From assembly GCA_964593365.1 (NCBI GenBank), contig CAZQGQ010000004.1, forward strand, positions 1 through 44,868: a stretch of DNA of 44,868 bases, in the 5' to 3' direction. The notes beneath the pieces were generated by a model, which was given only the letters and a program-made list of their open reading frames with translations, ran no database searches and was not told the origin of the DNA. Both the position numbers and the translations under genes were made by a program. The stretch comes from an uncultured Candidatus Saccharibacteria bacterium (GTDB taxonomy: Bacteria > Patescibacteriota > Minisyncoccia > Phycocordibacterales > Phycocordibacteraceae). Below, piece by piece: positions 39,045-44,868 of this stretch. Each line of letters starts with the position of its first letter. Position 1 is the stretch's first letter.

Positions 39045-40550
39045 ATGTATCGACAACTCGCTCTTACGAGCCCTGTTCGGTTTCTTACGGCAGCAGTTCT
39101 TGCTGCAACATTAGTCGCAGTCCTTGTGGTCCCGAGCTTTGCTCAGGCTGCAACGCTTACCCTTACGGCTAGCGAGACGACCCCTAACTCAACCATAAAG
39201 TCTGTTCCGGCCATCACGACCGCCGGCGGCGTTACGGAAGTAAAGGCAACTCGAACCATCACCGTTGACACTGTTCCTGCGAACGCTGTCACGCTTACCA
39301 TCGGTACTTGTGTCGTCACCTTCGGTACGGCAGCATCTCAGGAACTCAGCTGTAGCGACAACGTTGCAGCAGTGAACACCACTACGGATGCTACTGCCGC
39401 CGCTGTTGCTGCTCGCCTTCGTTCTTTGACAAACGTCTCTGACACCGGTCACGGAGCTCTTACAGTTGGAGGAAGTGGTTCAACAGCAAGCTTCACTACA
39501 ACTGGTACTGAGTCAGCTGCAACCGTCATCACAGCGTCGCTCTCTTCTGGATCGTCAATCACACTTACGACTGTAAATACTACAGGTGTAATTCCAGTTG
39601 CAGCAACTGTAACGATTGTTATCACTGGTGCACTTCCAGCAGTTTCTGCTGACCAAACTCTCAACATCGATGCAGACCTCGGTGTCGCCCTTGGAGCATC
39701 GGCTTTGACTGCAGCAGAAGTTGCGGATGCAATTCGCACCCAGGTTACCGCTGACCCTCAGTATGCTGGCAAGAACTATGCCGTGACTGGAGCAGGCGCT
39801 AACATCATCTTCACCCGCGAATCTGCAGGTGCAGCTGGAAACGGAGCCATCACTATCACTGAAGGAGACTACGGTTCAAAAGCACAGGTAGTTACCTTCA
39901 CGACAGCAGATACTTCTCCAAGTAAGGTGTTCACGATTACTATCAACGACAACGACTATAGCGTAGAAGACGTAGACTCAGCACAGGACATGGTTGAAAG
40001 CCTTGTTGAACTGCTTGCTGCTGAAACAGCTATAACCTGCACCGAAGATAACGTTGTGATTACCTGTACTGCAGATGTTGCAGGAACAGCTTTCACGTAC
40101 GCAACCGCAGTTACTGACCGAGAGGACAGTGGCGGAGGAGGTGGTGGTGGTGGTGGTGGCTCGTCTAACAACAACGATGACGATGAAGACGAAGACGAAG
40201 ATGAGGATTCAAACGATGACTCAAATTCTGATTCTGACACCGTAACGGTTGAAAGCATCCTCGCAAAGATCGCACAGATCCGCGCAGCTCTTGCTGAAAT
40301 GAACGGTGGAACAACGACCGTCGCAGTTGAGGCAAGTGCAGACCTCGACCTTGAATCTGAAGGACCTCAGGTAGTCTCACTTCAGACTTGGTTGATTGCA
40401 AAGGGATACGCTATCCCAGCCGGTGCAACTGGATACTTCGGTGCCCAGACACAGGCAGCTCTTGCGGCATACCAGGCAGCTAACGGAATCACTCCAGCAG
40501 CTGGCTACTACGGCCCAAAGACGCGTGCGTTCATGCAGGCCAACCCGTAA
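39045..40550 (+). CDS. Secreted Thr/Ala-rich surface protein with C-terminal peptidoglycan-binding domain
   Basis: Signal peptide ending AQA, poly-Gly and Asp/Glu linker, coiled coil, GPQVVSLQTWL..TGYFGAQT...GYYGPKTR; start set at ATG 39045. Confidence 0.85.
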   Translation: MYRQLALTSPVRFLTAAVLAATLVAVLVVPSFAQAATLTLTASETTPNSTIKSVPAITTAGGVTEVKATRTITVDTVPANAVTLTIGTCVVTFGTAASQELSCSDNVAAVNTTTDATAAAVAARLRSLTNVSDTGHGALTVGGSGSTASFTTTGTESAATVITASLSSGSSITLTTVNTTGVIPVAATVTIVITGALPAVSADQTLNIDADLGVALGASALTAAEVADAIRTQVTADPQYAGKNYAVTGAGANIIFTRESAGAAGNGAITITEGDYGSKAQVVTFTTADTSPSKVFTITINDNDYSVEDVDSAQDMVESLVELLAAETAITCTEDNVVITCTADVAGTAFTYATAVTDREDSGGGGGGGGGGSSNNNDDDEDEDEDEDSNDDSNSDSDTVTVESILAKIAQIRAALAEMNGGTTTVAVEASADLDLESEGPQVVSLQTWLIAKGYAIPAGATGYFGAQTQAALAAYQAANGITPAAGYYGPKTRAFMQANP

Positions 40551-40570
40551 TAACGGATAATTGGTTTGTC

Positions 40571-40600
40571 GAGAAAGCCCCGCTCACGCGGGGTTTTCTC
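40571..40600 (+). terminator. Intrinsic terminator
   Basis: GAGAAAGCCCCGC-TCAC-GCGGGGTTTTCTC. Confidence 0.8.
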
Positions 40601-40718
40601 ATGGTATGGTATTTGGAATGCACGAGTACCTTGTCGAGTTTCTGAAGTTTATGTGCGGCTTCACCATGTTTATCGGCGTATCGCTTGCAATTATTTACCT
40701 AGCTTCTGGCACTATCGT

Positions 40719-41096
40719 ATGAAAAAGAACCGCATACTCATTATCGCCATCATCGTTGTGGTCATCGGTGGCCCGATGGGGTACTGGGCGTGGTATATGA
40801 CGCAGCCAGGGAAGTATGACAATTTCGCAACCTGCATCGCAGAAAGCGGCGCGACATTCTATGGCACCTACTGGTGCCCGCATTGCCAGGAGCAGAAAGT
40901 GCGATTTGGGAAGTCAGAAGCACTTCTTCCATACGTCGAATGCTCGCTTCCAAATCGACAAGGCCAGACACAGGTTTGTACTGATGCCAATATCACCGGC
41001 TACCCAACCTGGGAATTCGCAGGCGGATCTCGAGTGAGCGGAACACAGGCATTCGAGACCCTAAGTGAGAAGACTGGCTGCGAACTTCCAAGCTAG
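40719..41096 (+). CDS. Membrane-anchored thioredoxin-fold protein (resembles the VKOR-associated Trx domain)
   Basis: TM helix, FYGTYWCPHCQEQK, YVEC, C..ANITGYPTW. Confidence 0.85.
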   Translation: MKKNRILIIAIIVVVIGGPMGYWAWYMTQPGKYDNFATCIAESGATFYGTYWCPHCQEQKVRFGKSEALLPYVECSLPNRQGQTQVCTDANITGYPTWEFAGGSRVSGTQAFETLSEKTGCELPS

Positions 41097-41142
41097 AGAC
41101 TTGCACATATCTTCCACCTGGCATACAGTAGCCCCTGTACGG

Positions 41143-41260
41143 ACCGAAGACAGCAGGCACCCATAAGCCCTGCCGAGGAACGATTAAGGAAAGCCCCGCT
41201 TTCCGGTCGACAGTCTCCTCGCAACGGTCCCCATATGGGGACTTTTGCCGTTTCGTACGA
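41143..41260 (+). ncRNA. Ribosomal protein L10 leader
   Basis: ACCGAAGACAGCAGG...CCTGCCGAGG core directly upstream of rplJ. Confidence 0.8.
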
Positions 41261-41269
41261 ACCAAACCT

Positions 41270-41761
41270 ATGGCAATCACAAAAGCAAAAAAACTAGACA
41301 TCACCGCAAAGATTGGGGAGTCGCTCAAGAACGCCGTTTCGGTGGTCTTTGTTCGATTCAACAAGATGACGGTTGCTGACACTACTGAGATGCGCCGATC
41401 CCTTAAGGGAGAGGGCGTCGGATACTACGTCGCGAAAAAGACGCTTTTGAAGCGTGTCTTGAACGATGCAGGATTCAAAGGAGAGCTGCCAAGCCTTGAA
41501 GGGGAGGTCGCCATCGCCTGGAGCGATACAGACGCAACAGCGGCTGCGCGCGGCATCTTCACTCACGGCAAGAAGCACAAGGGTCTTTCGATCCTCGGCG
41601 GCGTCTTCGAAGGGGCATTCATGGATGCATCCCACATGCAGGAGATCGCAACGATTCCAAGCATGCAGGTGCTTCGTGGCATGTTCGTGAACGTAATCAA
41701 CAGCCCTATCCAGGGACTCGTGATCGCGCTCAGCAAGGTCAGCGAAAAGAAAGGTGCGTAA
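41270..41761 (+). CDS. rplJ: 50S ribosomal protein L10
   Basis: VAKKTLL, LGGVFEG, IATIPS; upstream of rplL. Confidence 0.95.
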   Translation: MAITKAKKLDITAKIGESLKNAVSVVFVRFNKMTVADTTEMRRSLKGEGVGYYVAKKTLLKRVLNDAGFKGELPSLEGEVAIAWSDTDATAAARGIFTHGKKHKGLSILGGVFEGAFMDASHMQEIATIPSMQVLRGMFVNVINSPIQGLVIALSKVSEKKGA

Positions 41762-41785
41762 TTAATCACATTGATTCTTATACCT

Positions 41786-42262
41786 ATGGCAGATGACACA
41801 ACCCAGGACGCAGCAGCAGTTGAAGAAACCGCCGCTCCGGCCCCTGAAGTGAAAGAAGCTCCTGCGGCAGCCCCTGAAGCTGAAGTAGAAGTCCCGGCGA
41901 AGTTCAAGAAGCTCGTCGAAGAAGTTGAGAACATGAGCGTTCTCGAGCTCAACGAGCTCGTGAAGGTTCTTGAGAAGAAGTTCGGCGTATCAGCAGCAGC
42001 CGTCGCAGTTGCAGGTCCTGCAGCTGGAGGAGCTGGCGCTGACGAAGGCAAGTCAACGGTTGACGTTGAGCTTACCGACGGAGGAGCAAACAAGATCTCG
42101 GTCATCAAGGCCGTGAAGGAGGCGCTCTCACTCGGACTCAAGGAAGCCAAAGACTTTGTCGATGGCGTACCGTCAGTCATCAAGGCTGGCATGAAGAAGG
42201 AGGAAGCAGAGGAATTGAAGAAGAAGATCGAAGAGGCAGGCGGCAAGGTTACCCTCAAATAA
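41786..42262 (+). CDS. rplL: 50S ribosomal protein L7/L12 with acidic N-terminal extension
   Basis: [51 protein letters not shown]. Confidence 0.97.
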   Translation: MADDTTQDAAAVEETAAPAPEVKEAPAAAPEAEVEVPAKFKKLVEEVENMSVLELNELVKVLEKKFGVSAAAVAVAGPAAGGAGADEGKSTVDVELTDGGANKISVIKAVKEALSLGLKEAKDFVDGVPSVIKAGMKKEEAEELKKKIEEAGGKVTLK

Positions 42263-42277
42263 CCAACCCCTCTCTAG

Positions 42278-42312
42278 ACGGCAAAAGCCCCGAAAGGGGC
42301 TTTTGCCGTTTT
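42278..42312 (+). terminator. Intrinsic terminator after rplL
   Basis: ACGGCAAAAGCCCC-GAAA-GGGGCTTTTGCCGT-TTT. Confidence 0.9.
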
Positions 42313-42340
42313 GGCGTTCCAAGCCTATAATCCGGTGGTC

Positions 42341-42910
42341 ATGGACCCACTCGCAAAACTCTTCGGCTCAGCCGCCCGCGTGAAGCTTCTCCGCCTCTTT
42401 CTCTTTAACGAGACAAATGTATATACCGCAGCTGACGCAGGTACTCGCGCGAAAGTCGCCAAAGACGCGACGCGACGCGAGCTCACGCTCCTTACTAATA
42501 TCAAAGTGCTGAAGAAGAAAGCAGGGAAGGGAGGTACCGTCTTTTACTCAAACCCGAAGTTTGCGCACTACGAATCACTCCGCACGTTCCTTAGAACTTC
42601 GTCAGGGATTGATGACGCAGCAATCGGTACGAGTCTGAAAAAGGTAGGAAGCCTGCGCCTCATCCTGCTTTCAGGGATCTTTAGCGGTGTTCCAGAATCG
42701 AAGATCGACCTTTTGATCGTCGGTGACCGTCTTGATGAGCGGGCACTTGCCGGAGTGATACAAACGCTTGAAGCTGAGCTTGGACGCGAGCTTCGCTACG
42801 CCTCTTTCTCAACGGCAGACTTCCGGTATCGCGTCGGAGTCTATGATCGCCTCATCCGCGACGTCCTCGACTACCCGCACCGCCTTCTTCTCGACCGGAT
42901 CGGGCTCTAA
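42341..42910 (+). CDS. Winged-HTH plus nucleotidyltransferase-like hypothetical protein
   Basis: LFGSAARVKLLRLF; SGIF....IDLLIVGD; LEAELGRELRY. Confidence 0.72.
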   Translation: MDPLAKLFGSAARVKLLRLFLFNETNVYTAADAGTRAKVAKDATRRELTLLTNIKVLKKKAGKGGTVFYSNPKFAHYESLRTFLRTSSGIDDAAIGTSLKKVGSLRLILLSGIFSGVPESKIDLLIVGDRLDERALAGVIQTLEAELGRELRYASFSTADFRYRVGVYDRLIRDVLDYPHRLLLDRIGL

Positions 42911-43039
42911 AACCCGAGGTTTCGGGTATCCACATGCGGGCTTCCGCTTCCTGGGGGCCTTGCTACACTTATAGATAAGCAGGTGGTCAGATGCCCCCCG
43001 CCCGTCATTACAAGGCTTAAAGATACTTAATCCATACCT

Positions 43040-43720
43040 ATGTTTTTCACCACGTGGGCGGATGTCCTCACACAGTCCTTCCAGAATCTTTTCTACGGAC
43101 TCGTGGCGTTCATCCCCAATTTAGTAGCCGCTATCATCATCTTCGTCATTGGCTGGCTCATCGGAGCAGGTCTCGGACGAGTGGTGGCGCAAGTTGTTAA
43201 CTCTCTCCGCGTCGACCAAGCTCTTCGCGCTGCAGGAGTTGACCGAGTTGTCGAGCGCGCCGGATTCACTTTGAACTCTGGAGCATTCCTCGGCGTCTTG
43301 GTGAAGTGGTTCTTCATTATCGTCTTCCTCGTTGCAGCACTCGACGTGCTCCAGCTCACGGAAGTAACCATCTTCCTTCGCGCCGTCGTACTCGGCTACC
43401 TCCCTCAGGTCATCGTTGCTGTGTTGATCCTGTTGGTAGCCGCAGTCGTCGCAGAAGCGGCACAGCGCGTGGTCTCCGGAAGTGCAGCTGCAGCGAACCT
43501 TCGCTCAGCAAACTTCTTGGGCTCGGTCTCTCGCTGGGCAATCTGGGTATTCGCGATTCTCGCCGCACTCGACCAGCTCGGCGTGACTCCGTTTGTTCAG
43601 ACCCTCTTCACGGGCGTCGTCGTAGCACTCGCTCTTGCATTCGGCCTTTCCTTCGGACTTGGCGGACAGGCAGCAGCAGCACGCTACATCGACAAGATGC
43701 GCGAGCAGATCAAGGACTAA
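43040..43720 (+). CDS. Small mechanosensitive channel TM-helix family membrane protein (CmpX-like)
   Basis: FIPNLVAAIII..IGW, YLPQVIVA, ALDQLGV, ALAFGLSFGLGG. Confidence 0.8.
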   Translation: MFFTTWADVLTQSFQNLFYGLVAFIPNLVAAIIIFVIGWLIGAGLGRVVAQVVNSLRVDQALRAAGVDRVVERAGFTLNSGAFLGVLVKWFFIIVFLVAALDVLQLTEVTIFLRAVVLGYLPQVIVAVLILLVAAVVAEAAQRVVSGSAAAANLRSANFLGSVSRWAIWVFAILAALDQLGVTPFVQTLFTGVVVALALAFGLSFGLGGQAAAARYIDKMREQIKD

Positions 43721-43739
43721 CCACCCTCCTTTGTTTTTT

Positions 43740-43772
43740 CGAAAGGCGCCCTTCGGGGCGCTTTTCGTTTTC
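43740..43772 (+). terminator. Intrinsic terminator
   Basis: CGAAAGGCGCCC-TTCG-GGGCGCTTTTCG-TTTT. Confidence 0.85.
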
Positions 43773-43850
43773 ATACGCTCCTGGTGTATAACATTCATAT
43801 TCGTACCCGAACCGGACGGAATCCGGCGTCGCCAAACCAGGAGATTCTCC

Positions 43851-44009
43851 ATGGCGGACGATGATGATGACGATAACGACGAGACCATCGAGGAAGAGAT
43901 TAAGCGTCTCCAGGAGCTGTACCGAGAAACAGAGAGCGAAGAATCGCGCGATTATTACGCCCGTCGCCTCCGCTCTCTTGGGATAAACCCTGAAGAACCG
44001 CCTAAATAA
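43851..44009 (+). CDS. 52-aa acidic hypothetical protein
   Basis: AGGAG SD at 43839-43843; MADDDDDDNDETIEEEIKRLQELY...; hairpin downstream. Confidence 0.6.
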   Translation: MADDDDDDNDETIEEEIKRLQELYRETESEESRDYYARRLRSLGINPEEPPK

Positions 44010-44105
44010 GCCCCTCGAACCCCTTCGAATTGACCGCGGTGCCCCAAGCGCCGCGGTCTTTTCTTATCCCCAATGTCCCCAGAAGGGGGGCCGAAAGCCC
44101 GAGGG

Positions 44106-44134
44106 TTGACACCCCTAAAAACGAGGAATATACT
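44106..44134 (+). promoter_or_regulatory. rRNA promoter
   Basis: TTGACA-17 nt-TATACT about 225 nt upstream of the 23S gene. Confidence 0.85.
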
Positions 44135-44359
44135 CTCTTTTACGTGTATAAGAACTTGAAATTCCCCCGAAAACGAAGCGGTTAAGACTCGCGCGTATGC
44201 GCGAGACTTGAAACCGCCTCACTGGCGGTTTTCTCGTTTAAAGATGCACGCGCTCGTTGACATACGAATATGCATTAGGTAATTAACCTGCACGCGTTGT
44301 GAATGCGTGCAGGGGAAAGTGCAATTCACAAAGTTAATTGTGGTGTTCAGGTTTCCGCA

Positions 44360-44868
44360 CAGGAAACACTGAAGGGTGCGCGGTGGATGCCTAGGCTTAC
44401 AACAGCGATGAAGGACGCGATTAACCGGCGAAACGCTTCGGGGAGGTGGTTATTAACCTTTGATCCGGAGATATCCGAATGGGGAAACCCAGACCTTTAT
44501 TGGTCTATCTCTTCCATTACAGGAAGGGGAGCGAACCTCGGGAAGTGAAACATCTCAGTACCGAGAGGAATAGAAAACAACAGCGAGTTGTGTTCTCTTC
44601 AAGCATTATGTTTGTTTGAAGGGAACACAACTCTCGCGATTTCCTTAGTAGCGGCGAGCGAAACGGAAACAGCCCAAACCGTAGGTCTTCGGACTTGCGG
44701 GGTAGTAAGACGGAAGCGCCGTACTTGTACGGCATAAGTTACAAAACGTTTCTATAGCGGAAGTTGCTGGAAAGCAACGCCCCAGAGGGTAATGGCCCCG
44801 TACGCGAAATAGAAATGACTTATGTGCTTCTGTTCTTGAGTAACTCGAGACACGAATAGCTCGGGCGA
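44360..44868 (+). rRNA. rrl: 23S rRNA, 5' portion (runs off the window; 5' end approximate)
   Basis: CGGTGGATGCCTAGGC, GCGATGAAGGACG, CCGAATGGGGAAACCC, GAAGTGAAACATCTCAGTACC, AGTAGCGGCGAGCGAA. Confidence 0.97.

Noticed and set aside
40566-40718. Long N-terminal extensions in the ORF track (also 6707, 10232, 11820, 12295, 38934, 43635)
   Set aside because: They run through terminators, promoters or neighbouring genes; downstream ATGs fit the protein families better.
44303-44735. ORFs overlapping the 23S rRNA
   Set aside because: They are chance ORFs inside conserved rRNA sequence with no homing-endonuclease motifs.

Overview
A 44.9 kb chromosomal window from a Patescibacteria/CPR bacterium, most likely Parcubacteria (inferred from rplK without rplA, alpha2-type GlyRS, type-2 IleRS with an inserted domain, a 23S gene with no preceding 16S, and many apparently leaderless genes). 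It is mostly housekeeping: 3 tRNAs, ribosomal proteins, four aminoacyl-tRNA synthetases, a folate/thymidylate cluster, efp, recA, ftsK, two large peptidoglycan-binding surface proteins and the 5' end of 23S rRNA. No mobile element or CRISPR array was seen. The standout is 1789-3321, where two paralogous minus-strand units flank a divergent peptide deformylase. Each has a promoter, an amino-acid-sensing leader, a classic 1:2/2:3/3:4 attenuator, then only a Shine-Dalgarno-led two-codon minigene and a terminator, with no biosynthetic operon. The Trp unit has a W-A-W leader and ATG-TGG-TAA (Met-Trp). The His unit uses the His-rich tail of a YerC/HisR (TrpR-like) repressor as leader, has ATG-CAC-TAA (Met-His), and lies next to a palindromic operator and tRNA-His. 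Secondary observations: small Arg-Pro-Pro ORFs on both sides of an efp with an atypical loop, a histidine-phosphatase domain inside IleRS, and a long structured leader before the major surface protein. All calls are by eye; no database search was run.
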